This document shows positions 31,029 to 41,328 of a stretch of 55,452 nt of DNA, one piece after another. Made by a program: the position numbers and the translations under genes. Under the pieces are notes generated by a model, which made no database searches, was not told the origin of the DNA, and saw only the letters and a list, made by a program, of their open reading frames with translations. Source of the stretch: Candidatus Sericytochromatia bacterium (GTDB taxonomy: Bacteria > Cyanobacteriota > Sericytochromatia > S15B-MN24 > JAQBPE01); contig JBBAPZ010000001.1 of the NCBI GenBank assembly GCA_040400605.1, positions 1 to 55,452 on the forward strand, given 5' to 3'. How positions within the stretch are numbered: position 1 is the stretch's first letter; every line of letters starts with the position of its first letter.

Positions 31029-32429
31029 ATGTCAAATGCTCGCTTGATGGTTTTGCCTGTTATGCTAGGCTTGTGGGGCGCCGGGATCGTGTCGGGTCCT
31101 GCGATCGCACAGGGCCTGGAAAAAGGTGCCCGGCAAACGGTTGCGCCTGAACGCTTGCGCCTGTCAAACGGTATCGAGGTTCACCTGATACGGCGTACAA
31201 ATTTGCCCCTTGTGCAGGTGCAACTGCTCCTGACGCCGGGTGATCTGCTCAAGGCGAGGCCAGGGGTCGCGCAGTTTACCATGTCGTTGATACGCAAAGG
31301 TGCCGGTAGTCGTGATGCGACGCAATTGGCTGATGCGATCGACGGGATGGGTGCTGATCTCGACACGTGGGCGTCACGGGATGAACTGGGTGCCTCGATA
31401 TCATTGCTCAAGTCAGAGCTGGCAAGCGGCATGATGATTTTGTCCGATATCGTGCAACGCCCCCGATTGACGTCGGATGAATTTGAGCGGTATCGCACGC
31501 AAACCCGCGCGCGCTTGTCATCCGCGCTGGATGACCCCAATGCCGTGTTGGAATTGGCTGCCAACACGGCCATCATGGGTGAGCATCCCGCCGGGCAATC
31601 GCTGGGTCTGAAAAGTTTGGCCTCGCTGAAGCCAGACCAGGTCAAAGATTTTCACACTCGCAGTTTCAGTCCGCGTCACGCGCGCTTTGTGGTTGTTGGT
31701 GATGCAACCCCGGCCGAGCTCATGCTCATGTTTGAGCGCTGCTTTGGTCAGTGGCGAGGGCCAGAAGCGACAGCCGTCGCGGTTCCCGAGCCACGCCATA
31801 AACCCCGTGTCGTGCATCTGGTGGATATGAACACGACCCAGAGTTTCATTGCAGTGGGTCACGTCGCGCCACCGCGCAATACGCCGGATGTCGATGCGAT
31901 CAGGGTCATGAATTTCATTCTGGGCGGTGATTTCAGTTCGCGTCTGAACCAAAGCATTCGCGATCGTCAAGGCTTGGCCTACGGTGCCCATTCCACATTC
32001 ACACTCGGCAAACATACCGGCACCTTTATGGCGACAGCCAACACCAAATTGGCCTCCACACAGGCGGTGATCGACGCCATCTTTGCTGAAATTCAGCGAC
32101 TGCACCAGGAACCGGTCAATCCAAATGAGTTAAGCGATGCCCACGCCTACCTTGCTGGCTCGTTTCCGATGCGTTTTGAGACCAATGCCGACCTCGCACG
32201 CGAACTTCGTTTTAGCCTTTTGCATCAATTGCCTTGGCCTGACCCCCAAACTTACCAAGCCCGCATTCGCGCCGTCAGCGCCGATCATGTCATGGCTGCG
32301 GCACGTCAATGGCTTCGCCCAGAAGACATGCAGATTATCGTGGTCGGCCCAGCCAAGGAGATTGAAGCTGACCTGAAACGGTTTGGCCCCGTGCAGCGCC
32401 ACGCCAAACAATCGTTGATCGAATCCTGA
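31029..32429 (+). CDS. M16 family peptidase, non-catalytic partner subunit
   Basis: LSNG, no HxxEH (GVAQFTMSLI at that position), C-terminal R/Y motif SRLNQSIRDRQGLAYG. Starts 3 nt after its partner. Confidence 0.9.
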   Translation: MSNARLMVLPVMLGLWGAGIVSGPAIAQGLEKGARQTVAPERLRLSNGIEVHLIRRTNLPLVQVQLLLTPGDLLKARPGVAQFTMSLIRKGAGSRDATQLADAIDGMGADLDTWASRDELGASISLLKSELASGMMILSDIVQRPRLTSDEFERYRTQTRARLSSALDDPNAVLELAANTAIMGEHPAGQSLGLKSLASLKPDQVKDFHTRSFSPRHARFVVVGDATPAELMLMFERCFGQWRGPEATAVAVPEPRHKPRVVHLVDMNTTQSFIAVGHVAPPRNTPDVDAIRVMNFILGGDFSSRLNQSIRDRQGLAYGAHSTFTLGKHTGTFMATANTKLASTQAVIDAIFAEIQRLHQEPVNPNELSDAHAYLAGSFPMRFETNADLARELRFSLLHQLPWPDPQTYQARIRAVSADHVMAAARQWLRPEDMQIIVVGPAKEIEADLKRFGPVQRHAKQSLIES

Positions 32430-32562
32430 CTACCACCTCCAAACGAGCCCATCAGGCAGACTTCCCGCCGACCATCGTGTTGCGGTCGTTCAGTCTCTAC
32501 GCGGCGCCTCCATCACTGTCGTACTCAAACCGGCTAGGATGGTCAGACCCTAAACGGTTAAT

Positions 32563-33783
32563 CTAACACGCGTTACATTCACTGGCCTCGGTCGAATCTG
32601 TCACCTTTGGCTGGCTTGACGCCAGTTTGGCCGCATTTTCATCACCCGCCAAGGAACTTGGGTGACTGTTTTCATCAGATGATGCGGCATCCGAAACCAT
32701 CAATGCCCGGCCCAGCGTATAGGTCATCAGTGCTTTGACGACGGTCGCGAGCGGCACTGCGAACAAAAGCCCCATAACGCCGCCAAAATGCTCGCCGATC
32801 AACAACGCCAACACCACCAAGGCAGGATGCAACTCCGCGTTATGCCCAATAATGTTCGGATTCAGCAAATTCGCTTCAATCAAATGAATCAGCAAAATCC
32901 ACGACAAAACGGCCAAGCCTTTCCAAATGCCATAGGTCAAACCAATGGCAACGGCCGGCACACTGCTGAACAACGTGCCAAAAACGGGAATCAAACTACA
33001 GAAGCCCGCCACAAAACCCAAGGTGATGGCAAACTTGATTTTGAGCATCAAAAGCCCCACGGTGGTTAACACGCCATTTACGAGACAAACCACCAATTGT
33101 CCGCGAACAGCGCCAGCAAGCCCACGATCAATGTCTTTGATCAAACCCAACACCGGGGCACGGTATTGCGCAGGCACAAGCAAATACAACCATCCTTGTA
33201 GACGCGGCAAGTCATACAACAAAAAGCCGGTCAGCATAAAAACCAGTACCATGGTCAAAAGGATCGAGAAAAATCCGGTCACCACGAAACGTGCGTGACG
33301 CGCCAAATCCCCAACTTGGCCCTTGATGCCATCAAAAAAACCGGTCACGCCCTCTTGAAAAGACTTTTTCAAATCCACCGGCACATTGTAGCCATTCAGG
33401 CGCAACTGCCAGGCATCCAACCAATCCGGCAAAACAGAACGCTCAAACGCAAGCAAATGTCTTGGCAATTCATGACCCAGTTTGGCAAATTCTGCGTACA
33501 GCTTTGGCAAGACAAAAACACCAAAACCATAAAGCCCTATCCCAAACACGCTGTAGAGCAGGATAATGGCGCCAAAACGACCCAACAACCGCCCGCGCAT
33601 CCGACAACGACTCATCCAGGTAACCAATGGGTTCAACAGATAAACCAACACGAACGCAATAAAAAATGGCGTGAGAATCTTTGCGAAAACAAACACGGCC
33701 AAAACCAGTGCGCAAGCAATCACAACCAACAGGACGCCACGCTGTTGTGCACTCAGCTTAATTGTGAACCCTTCTACGGCCAA
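32563..33783 (-). CDS. AI-2E family transporter (PerM/TqsA-like)
   Basis: LTPFFIAFVLVYLLNPLV, GAVRGQL, SLIPVFG, LHPALVVLALL.G...GG..GLLFAVP. Confidence 0.92.
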   Translation of the reverse strand: MAVEGFTIKLSAQQRGVLLVVIACALVLAVFVFAKILTPFFIAFVLVYLLNPLVTWMSRCRMRGRLLGRFGAIILLYSVFGIGLYGFGVFVLPKLYAEFAKLGHELPRHLLAFERSVLPDWLDAWQLRLNGYNVPVDLKKSFQEGVTGFFDGIKGQVGDLARHARFVVTGFFSILLTMVLVFMLTGFLLYDLPRLQGWLYLLVPAQYRAPVLGLIKDIDRGLAGAVRGQLVVCLVNGVLTTVGLLMLKIKFAITLGFVAGFCSLIPVFGTLFSSVPAVAIGLTYGIWKGLAVLSWILLIHLIEANLLNPNIIGHNAELHPALVVLALLIGEHFGGVMGLLFAVPLATVVKALMTYTLGRALMVSDAASSDENSHPSSLAGDENAAKLASSQPKVTDSTEASECNAC

Positions 33784-33808
33784 CTATCACCTGCCCGGCA
33801 GCAAACAC

Positions 33809-34660
33809 TCAAAACGACGCCAACAACCCGGTCAAAAAGTGGCCGATCGTCGCTTCCAGGCTGCGGGATGTCGCAAGGATCTGCTCTTCAGACGCATGAT
33901 CTGGCGCATCTGGCCAAGCCAGGTCGGTAATCGCTGCAAGCCCCATCACCGACATACCCATATGCGTCGCTGCAATGACCTCCGGAACAACTGACATGCC
34001 AATCGCATCGCCACCGATCTTGCGATAGAACCGCAATTCAGCCCGCGTGCAAAACGCAGGGCCCGTAATGCCAACATACACACCTTCACGCAAACTCAAC
34101 CCTTGCCGCGCGGCCTGTTGCCGTGCCAACGCATTAAGCTCCGGCCGATAGGCATCATACATAACCGGGAAACGGGGCCCCAACTCGCCATCATTGGGTC
34201 CAATCAACGGATTGCTGCCGGTCATATTGATGTGATCACGAATCAGCATCAACTCCCCAGCCGCAAAGCCCTCATTCATCCCCCCGGCAGCACACGTCAC
34301 AATCAAACGCTCAACGCCCAATTGACGCATCACCCGCACCGGATAAACAACATCTTGCTGCGAATAACCTTCATACGCATGCACACGCCCCTGCATCACG
34401 CACACCGTCTGCGAACCAACCAAGCCTAGCACCAAGCGACCCGCATGCCCCGGAGCACCCGAAACCGGAAAGTGCGGTACCTCCGCATAGGACATCGCCA
34501 CGGCGTCTTGCAACGAATGAGCAAAAGCACCCAAGCCTGAACCCAAAATGATGCCAACGCGCGGAACCGTATCAAAACGCCCCTTGATGAACGCCGCGCT
34601 GCTCTCAATCCGTTCACGCTGTTCCTGAACTGACGATTGCCCCGTCGCAAGCATGGTCAC
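33809..34660 (-). CDS. punA: Purine-nucleoside phosphorylase (trimeric NP-I, PunA type)
   Basis: GIILGSGLG, GHAGRL, MQGRVHAYEG, DHIN, GPRF, GGDAIGMSVVPE. Confidence 0.92.
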   Translation of the reverse strand: MTMLATGQSSVQEQRERIESSAAFIKGRFDTVPRVGIILGSGLGAFAHSLQDAVAMSYAEVPHFPVSGAPGHAGRLVLGLVGSQTVCVMQGRVHAYEGYSQQDVVYPVRVMRQLGVERLIVTCAAGGMNEGFAAGELMLIRDHINMTGSNPLIGPNDGELGPRFPVMYDAYRPELNALARQQAARQGLSLREGVYVGITGPAFCTRAELRFYRKIGGDAIGMSVVPEVIAATHMGMSVMGLAAITDLAWPDAPDHASEEQILATSRSLEATIGHFLTGLLASF

Positions 34661-34684
34661 TCCGATTGCCTCCCCCTTAGAAGT

Positions 34685-34714
34685 AAAAACCGGCCCAAGT
34701 TCAACTGGGCCGGT
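34685..34714 (-). terminator. Rho-independent terminator after the tRNA-Lys/tRNA-Ser pair
   Basis: Minus strand ACCGGCCCAG-TTGAAC-TTGGGCCGGT followed by a T tract. Confidence 0.75.
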
Positions 34715-34737
34715 CTCAAACCTGTAAACGCAGTTAG

Positions 34738-34827
34738 CGGGCAGGGGGGGATTCGAACCCCCGAGGCGAGTTAACCCCGCCTACATTCTTTCCAGGAATG
34801 CCCTTTCAACCACTCAGGCACCTGCCC
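34738..34827 (-). tRNA. tRNA-Ser(GGA)
   Basis: Minus strand GGGCAGGTGCCTGAGTGG...CATTCCT-GGA-AAGAATG, long variable arm, GGTTCGAATCC and discriminator G. CCA is not encoded. Confidence 0.96.
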
Positions 34828-34837
34828 ATAAAAAAAG

Positions 34838-34910
<73 letters not shown>

Positions 34911-34928
34911 GCACTTCTTTATTTTTAA

Positions 34929-34958
34929 ATAGTATCACGCGAAAATTCAGGGTGTCAA
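34929..34958 (-). promoter_or_regulatory. Sigma70 promoter of the tRNA-Lys/Ser pair
   Basis: Minus strand TTGACA-18 nt-TACTAT with extended TG. Confidence 0.7.
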
Positions 34959-35367
34959 ACATCGCAAAGCGTGTCTGGGAGAACTTAAAAAATGTGTCCC
35001 ATGAATGCTTCTTTAGGTGGGGCCCGTCACCGGTATGATCCTGTAGTCTTGGCCGACTGAGGTCTTGCGAAGGCCGTTCGTTCCCATCACTCACTTCCTG
35101 ATGGGCGGCATATCGTTCACTGCTTCATCGACACTTCGTCCAGTTGAATGGTGCTTGCAATGTCGTTGTGATGCCTGTTGTAGAATGCCTCGCACGCAAA
35201 CTGAAACAGCTCGTTCCAAGGTTTAAGTATTTTTCGTGGACAGTGCGATGACTTGATTTCCGGCTTTTTCAGGGGGGAATTGTCGAATGCTGGTGCGTTC
35301 ACCGCGAGGATTTCAATGGTGGCAGGCATCGGTCGCCGCTACATGTTGAGTTGTGTTCCGAGGCCCT

Positions 35368-36645
35368 TTAAAAACGCAAAGTGGCATTTGCGGTCAGGCG
35401 ATCGCCAGCCATCCTGAAATCTGGCTTAAACTCACGAACACCGTCAGGCGCGGTGATCCCACCGGGACCGGCAATGTAAGGGACGTTGGCCATATCACGC
35501 CGATACTCGAGGCGGTATAGCATCCAGGCAGACGGGCGATAATCGAGCGTGAGTGTCCACTCGCTCGCGATTAAACCGGTTTGCATCTGGTTACCACCGG
35601 GTGGGGACAATGCAACAAGCCCTTGGGGATCGGAATAAATACTGCCCCGCATCGCGCTGGCCCAATGCGGATTAAACTCGATTCGGTGGAGCAAGGCTGC
35701 CCCCCCCAGCCAAGTTGCTGGCAAGCCCGTTGATAACGCACTGGCCGTGTTGTAGCCCACATCAACAACCCCTGCAACCGCAAAATGGTCAATACCCGGC
35801 CACGGATTCTGAACGTACTTCCACTGAAAGTTGCTATCGGTGTACCAACGCGCGCGGGTTTGGTCTGACTCAAAGTTTCCTGCCAGCAGATTGTGAGTCA
35901 GGCTAAGCCGGTCTGATGGCCGCCAGTTGACGCTGTAACCCATCCCCATCCCTTCGCCATATTTGCTGAGGCTTTGCCAGCCATTGACCAGCCACACTTC
36001 CGTTTTGAGCTCAGGTGATGGATACAACTGCCCCATCACACCGGTGAGATAATAGGGTGTGAAATCGGATAACAAGTTGTGCGTGTAATTCCAGTTTTCC
36101 TGCGGAATGTATGAATCCAAACCGATATAAGCGGGGAAGATGCCCGCGAGCACATTCAAACCCCAGAGTCCCGGAAAGTGATGCCCCGCGTAGGCTTGCT
36201 GAACGTGTCGCAAACTGTTGAGGCTGGAATAGGCGCCACGACGCGTTGTCGGATCGGTGCCCGTGATGGTGTCGACGTAATTGCCAGCCTGAAACAACAG
36301 CTTGCCAAAAAGGCCGTCCTGGTCGGTAACTTCAAGCCCGATCAGACCCAAATTCAGGTTGAATTCGTTATGCCGGGGTGCTGTCGTGGTTGGGAAAATG
36401 GTATGGTCGGCTGGTCGATTAAACGCGAACCCATAATAAGTGTCGATCAACAATGTCCACGTGAGCGGTCCCATTTTGAGTGGGGAACTTTGTTGATAAT
36501 TGGCGCCGTTGAGCCACCTAAAATCAGGCTGCGCGTCGGCCTTTGTAACTTGAGCCGTGGCGTTTGGTGTCCACCAAAAACAGTGCAGTACAAAAAAACC
36601 ACTGGTAAACGCCATTTTGAATGCGCGTGACAGTAAAGTTGGCAT
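35368..36645 (-). CDS. Outer-membrane beta-barrel porin (BBP2/OmpL-like family)
   Basis: Signal peptide, DTYYGFAFNRP, RHNEF, GIFPAYIGLDSY...NWNY, TPYYLTG, WLVNGWQ, RLEYRRD, and a C-terminal Phe. Confidence 0.85.
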   Translation of the reverse strand: MPTLLSRAFKMAFTSGFFVLHCFWWTPNATAQVTKADAQPDFRWLNGANYQQSSPLKMGPLTWTLLIDTYYGFAFNRPADHTIFPTTTAPRHNEFNLNLGLIGLEVTDQDGLFGKLLFQAGNYVDTITGTDPTTRRGAYSSLNSLRHVQQAYAGHHFPGLWGLNVLAGIFPAYIGLDSYIPQENWNYTHNLLSDFTPYYLTGVMGQLYPSPELKTEVWLVNGWQSLSKYGEGMGMGYSVNWRPSDRLSLTHNLLAGNFESDQTRARWYTDSNFQWKYVQNPWPGIDHFAVAGVVDVGYNTASALSTGLPATWLGGAALLHRIEFNPHWASAMRGSIYSDPQGLVALSPPGGNQMQTGLIASEWTLTLDYRPSAWMLYRLEYRRDMANVPYIAGPGGITAPDGVREFKPDFRMAGDRLTANATLRF

Positions 36646-37256
36646 GTGTCGTTTCCATCTCCATTCAAAAAAGCTTACCGTGGCAGCGAAGGGGTTACCA
36701 GACCAAGCGGCTCGCGCTTTTTCAGTAACTGAATAACAGCAAGCGAAATACCTCCGAATGGTTGGTGCCAATTTGTTGAAAGAGCGTCCCCTGATGCTTG
36801 CTGCTTCACGCTTGGCTTTTTCCCGTAACAGTGTTTTGGTCGGTCACAACACAGACGACAGCAAGCAGTCCGTTCGTCTACAATTAAATGGACACGATCG
36901 CGATGCGCGAAGCAGGCAGCACAACATGCTGGCCCCACACCCCGTAGCATGCGTCAAGCCCGTGCGTGCTGTTGCATGTCTTGGAATCTGGTGCGTTGCG
37001 CTGGGTATACTTGGCCAAGCCAAGCTGGCAAGCGTGAGCCAACAATGTTGCCCCAAGGCTCCAAACGCATTTTGGCGCCCGCAAACCCGCGCGTCAAACG
37101 ATTGTTTCTGAACACGCGCCAGTCGATTATTTTGCGACACCAATTCTGGAGTGGTATTTTTATTTGCGTGAGGACAGTCTGGTTGTGAAGCGCCAGGCTG
37201 CGGAGGTGAGACTCACAGTCGTCACCCTCCAAATGATGAGGAGTTCCCGAAAAACG

Positions 37257-38003
37257 ATGCGTAACCATTTTTTGACCACCATCAGCAGCTGCGTCTTGAT
37301 CCTAAGCGCGTGTAGCGGTAACCCGGCGCTGAATCCGCCGGCACCAGCCAGTAACGCCGGGAATTCTGGCGCGACGGGCGCCGGGGGCAGTTCACCCACA
37401 GCCAACACCAGTTCGGCTTCGCTCGCAACAATTTACAAATTGGGCCGCAAGTGGGCATACGAAACCACGACCCAAGCCGCGGGAATCACCACGTCCGTCA
37501 CGATGAATCAGGAAGTGACGAAGATTGACGGCAATAAAGCCACGCTCGCTGTGACGGTGGATGCCATGGGCACCAAGTCGACAAATACGAACGTGATCGA
37601 CCTCAGCGGCACCAATGTCGCGAATGTCGTGAGCCAAAGCACAGCCCAAGGCAACACCAAAACCACCGTCAATTGGAACCAGAGCGCAATCAGCAAAGAA
37701 TCAATCACGGTTAAGGCCGGCACCTACAACGCCACCAAATACACAGCCAGTCTGGCAGCCACAGGAACCAGCGGCAGCGCGGCAGCCAGCAACAACTCGG
37801 AAAGCACCATCTGGACCAGCGACGACGTCGGGTTGCTCAAATCCATCACCAAAGGCTCGCAGTACAGCGTCCAACAACTTCCAGCAGGCATCTCACTGCC
37901 CGCTGGCATCACATTGCCTGGGCAGGGCGGCAGCACCCCTGCACTCCCGGGCTTGGACCTGAGCTTCACCGCGACGACCGAGCTTGTCAGCGTCACACCC
38001 TAA
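37257..38003 (+). CDS. Ser/Thr/Ala-rich surface lipoprotein with beta-rich domain
   Basis: GAGGAG upstream, lipobox LSAC, GRKWAY, ESITVKAGTYNA, W...VGLLKS, and a short LPAGI repeat. Confidence 0.8.
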   Translation: MRNHFLTTISSCVLILSACSGNPALNPPAPASNAGNSGATGAGGSSPTANTSSASLATIYKLGRKWAYETTTQAAGITTSVTMNQEVTKIDGNKATLAVTVDAMGTKSTNTNVIDLSGTNVANVVSQSTAQGNTKTTVNWNQSAISKESITVKAGTYNATKYTASLAATGTSGSAAASNNSESTIWTSDDVGLLKSITKGSQYSVQQLPAGISLPAGITLPGQGGSTPALPGLDLSFTATTELVSVTP

Positions 38004-38111
38004 CCCACAAAACACATTGGTCTTGGCCACCCGGCGTTGCGCACGTCGGGTGGCTATGTTTTTAGGCCAAGTCCATTTTTAGAGGCTTTCTTTCGCGAGA
38101 TTGAAAATCGA

Positions 38112-39242
38112 TCAATTCGGGCTGCGCGCGTAATTGGGAGCTTCTTTGGTGATCATGACATCGTGGGGGTGGCTTTCTCGTACACTGGCGGGGGAGACCC
38201 GGATGAAGCGCGCGCGGGTTTTGAGGTTTTGGATGGTGCCAAGGCCGCAATAGCCCATGCCTTTGGTGAGCCCGCCGATGAGTTGATAGACAAGGTCCGC
38301 CACGGATCCGCCGACCGGCACCATGCCTTCGATGCCTTCCGGGACAAGGGGGCCGTGGGTGTATTTGCCGTAGCGATCATTTGAATCGTTTTGCAGGGCG
38401 CCAATGGAGCCCATGCCGCGGTAGACTTTGTAGGGCTTGCCATTAAAGTTGATTTCCTGGCCGGGGCTTTCAAGCGATCGCGCAAAGAGGCTGCCAAGCA
38501 TCACGACGTCGGCACCGGCGGCGATCGCCTTCGGGATATCGCCGCTGTAACGAATGCCGCCGTCCGCGATCACCGGAATACCCGCCGGTTGCGCCACACT
38601 GGCCACCGCTTTGATCGCAGAAATCTGTGGCACGCCTACGCCTGCCACCACCCGGGTCGTACAGATTGACCCTGGACCAATTCCCACTTTCAATGCGTCT
38701 GCACCCACCTTGATCAAATCGGCCGCGGCTTCCGGCGTCGCGATATTCCCCGCGACGACCTGAATGCCCGGAAAGTTCGACTTGAGTTCCCGTATGCCGT
38801 CGATCACGTTCCTGGAATGCCCGTGGGCCGTGTCAATGGCGATGACATCGGCACCCGCGGCAAGCAAGGCCCCTGCACGCTCCAACAACTGATTGACGCC
38901 GACGGCGGCTCCCACCCGTAAGCGGCCTTGTTCATCGCAGGTGGCTTTGGCTGTATCCACAGGGGGGCTGTTTTTGACTTTGGCCACTTCCTCGGCTTGT
39001 CGCTCAATGCTCATGTTGCGGTGCAAGATGCCGATGCCGCCTAAGTTGGCGAGTGCAACGGCCATTGCGGATTCGGTCACGGTGTCCATGGCTGCGGAGA
39101 TCAGCGGAATGTTAAGCGTGATGGTGGGTGTCAGTTGGGTGGTGAGATCCGCTTCTCCGGGCAAAAAGTCGGAGTAGCCGGGTAACAGCAAGACATCATC
39201 AAAGGTGAAGCTATCTGGGATGACGAGGTCATACGGGTTCAT
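38112..39242 (-). CDS. guaB: IMP dehydrogenase, short form lacking the CBS subdomain
   Basis: [56 protein letters not shown]. Length 376 aa. Confidence 0.95.
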   Translation of the reverse strand: MNPYDLVIPDSFTFDDVLLLPGYSDFLPGEADLTTQLTPTITLNIPLISAAMDTVTESAMAVALANLGGIGILHRNMSIERQAEEVAKVKNSPPVDTAKATCDEQGRLRVGAAVGVNQLLERAGALLAAGADVIAIDTAHGHSRNVIDGIRELKSNFPGIQVVAGNIATPEAAADLIKVGADALKVGIGPGSICTTRVVAGVGVPQISAIKAVASVAQPAGIPVIADGGIRYSGDIPKAIAAGADVVMLGSLFARSLESPGQEINFNGKPYKVYRGMGSIGALQNDSNDRYGKYTHGPLVPEGIEGMVPVGGSVADLVYQLIGGLTKGMGYCGLGTIQNLKTRARFIRVSPASVRESHPHDVMITKEAPNYARSPN

Positions 39243-39320
39243 TCGGGCGTCTCCTCAAAGTGACGGGATGGTGATGTGCATTGGGAGGTGATCGGCGCGC
39301 GGATAGGCGTTGGTTTATTC

Positions 39321-40877
39321 TCATTCCCATTCGATGGTGGCGGGTGGTTTGCTCGTGACATCAAAAACCACCCGGTTGATACCGGGCACTTCATTGGTGA
39401 TGCGGGAGGCGACGCGGGCAAGCACCTCAAAAGGGATGGGGTGAAAATCGGCGGTCATGCCGTCGATGGAGTCCACTGCCCGAAGGGTGATGACACTGCC
39501 GTAGGTGCGGCCGTCGCCTTGCACCCCGACTGCGTTGATCGGCAGCAAGACGGCGAAGGCTTGCCAGATGGCGGTGTATAGCTTGGCGTGACGGAGTTCG
39601 TCAAGGTAGATGTGATCCGCTGCCCGCAGGAGTTCAAGGCGATCGCACGTCACTTCACCCAGGATTCGGATACCAAGACCGGGCCCGGGGAAGGGGTGGC
39701 GCTCAATGAGCTGCCGGGGAATGCCAAGCAGTAGACCCAACTCCCGAACTTCGTCCTTGAAAAGGCCGCTGCAAGGTTCAACGAGGCGACCTTGCGCACG
39801 TTTGGCCATCACCAATGGTGTCCCGACGTTGTGGTGGGTCTTGATGGTCGCGGTTTGTTTGCCGCTGGCACCGGACTCAATGATATCTGTGTAGAGGGTG
39901 CCTTGGGCCAGAAAGGCTCCTTCAGCGTCAACGTTGAGACGGGCGAGTTCGGCGTCTTGTACGGCGATGAAAGTGTCACCAATGATTTGCCGCTTGCTTT
40001 CCGGATCGGTAATGCCTTTGAGGCCTTCCAGAAACTGCGCTGACGCATCCACCAGATGCAAATGTGTGAGGCCGAGCGTTTCGAGCGAGGCCATGACCGC
40101 TTTGGACTCTTCGGCGCGCATGAGGCCGGAATCCACATGAATGGCGATGACTTGTTCCGGTTTGAGGGCCTTAAGCAAGATGGCGGCCGTCACGGTGGAG
40201 TCAACACCACCTGAGACGAGCACGATGACCGGGTTGTCGCCGACCTGGTCTTGAATGTCTTGCGAGACGGTTGTGAGGTAATCGGCAACGCTCCAGTCGT
40301 TGCGGCAACCACAGATGGTGAGTGCGAAGTTGCGCAGGATTTGTCGGCCGTGGGGGGTATGGGTGACTTCCGGGTGGAACTGGAGGGCGTAGCGCCGGGC
40401 GGCGTCGTGGGCGATCGCCGCAATGACCCCATCTTGGGTACTGGCCAGGCTCACGTAACCAGGTGCGAGCGCCGTGACGCGATCACCATGGCTCATCCAG
40501 ACAAACTCACGCTCATCCAAGCCCTCAAGCAACGCATGCCCACCCGACAACTCAATCTGCGCCCGCCCATACTCCCGCTGCGCATGCGGCTGCACATCAC
40601 CACCATCCAGCAACGTCAGCAATTGCATCCCATAGCAAATGCCCAAGATGGGTACATCAAGCGCCAACACACCGGCCGCCGGGCGGGGAGCACCCACTTC
40701 AAAAGCAGAGGCGGGCCCACCGGAGAGAATGATGCCGCGCAAATTAGGCTGGGCAAGTTGCGCGGCCGTCACATCGTGCGGGTGAACCACCGCGTAAACG
40801 CCCAGTTCGCGCAGCCTGCGGGCGATGAGTGGGGTATATTGGCTGCCAAAATCCAAAATGGCGATCATATCGTGCAT
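39321..40877 (-). CDS. guaA: Glutamine-hydrolysing GMP synthase
   Basis: ILDFGSQY, GICYGMQ, QFHPEV, SGGVDS, IKTHHN, KDEVR, HPFPGPGL, SKPPATIEWE. Confidence 0.97.
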   Translation of the reverse strand: MHDMIAILDFGSQYTPLIARRLRELGVYAVVHPHDVTAAQLAQPNLRGIILSGGPASAFEVGAPRPAAGVLALDVPILGICYGMQLLTLLDGGDVQPHAQREYGRAQIELSGGHALLEGLDEREFVWMSHGDRVTALAPGYVSLASTQDGVIAAIAHDAARRYALQFHPEVTHTPHGRQILRNFALTICGCRNDWSVADYLTTVSQDIQDQVGDNPVIVLVSGGVDSTVTAAILLKALKPEQVIAIHVDSGLMRAEESKAVMASLETLGLTHLHLVDASAQFLEGLKGITDPESKRQIIGDTFIAVQDAELARLNVDAEGAFLAQGTLYTDIIESGASGKQTATIKTHHNVGTPLVMAKRAQGRLVEPCSGLFKDEVRELGLLLGIPRQLIERHPFPGPGLGIRILGEVTCDRLELLRAADHIYLDELRHAKLYTAIWQAFAVLLPINAVGVQGDGRTYGSVITLRAVDSIDGMTADFHPIPFEVLARVASRITNEVPGINRVVFDVTSKPPATIEWE

Positions 40878-41155
40878 GGAAAACTCCGAGCCTAACTTTT
40901 AAACAACAATGTGCGCCATGATACCCCATTTTTGAGGCCGTCGACATTATTAAAGATAATACATATTATCCGTATTTATGCCGATTGGCGGATTTTCGCC
41001 TGAGATCAAGTGGGTGCGAGCGTTTGCGCTCAACTGACCAAAAAGTTTTTCCAGATAAAGCGGCACTTTTGCTCGACACCATGTTGCGCCACATTTCAGG
41101 GCTGTTTTTTTGGCAAGATAATCCGGGGCGCTTATTTGAGTGTCTTGTGTTGAAT

Positions 41156-41272
41156 GGATGACCCGTTGGTTTCTTCTTTATTCACAAGCGCAGTTGAGCC
41201 TGCGTTCCTTGGTTGTGTCTTTAACATCGCCAACCTACCGGAAGACAGGCTTTGGGTCGAACCCGGGTCTCC
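41156..41272. ncRNA. Candidate structured intergenic RNA (rod-like; 6S-like is one possibility)
   Basis: Nested complementary segments GACCCG/CGGGTC, GGTT/AACC, GAGCCTG/CAGGCTT, TTCC/GGAA, GGTTG/CAACC, GTGT/ACAT. Strand and family unresolved. Confidence 0.35.
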
Positions 41273-41328
41273 CCTGTTGATCCATAAGTTTCCCATTCTG
41301 GTTTAGAATGGATCAGGAAGGCAGGTTC

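Noticed and set aside
35117..35329. 70-aa ORF downstream of the porin
   Set aside because: No SD or family motif, so evidence is insufficient.
36750..36772. Minus-strand TTGGCAC upstream of the porin as a sigma54 -24 element
   Set aside because: The -12 position reads ATTC, not TTGC.
40878..41100. Purine riboswitch expected upstream of guaA
   Set aside because: No TATAA...TATGG...GTTTCTACC...CCGTAAA consensus on the minus strand.
41230..41255. CCGGAAG suggesting SRP RNA domain IV
   Set aside because: The flanking CAGG and GCAGC conserved loop residues are absent.
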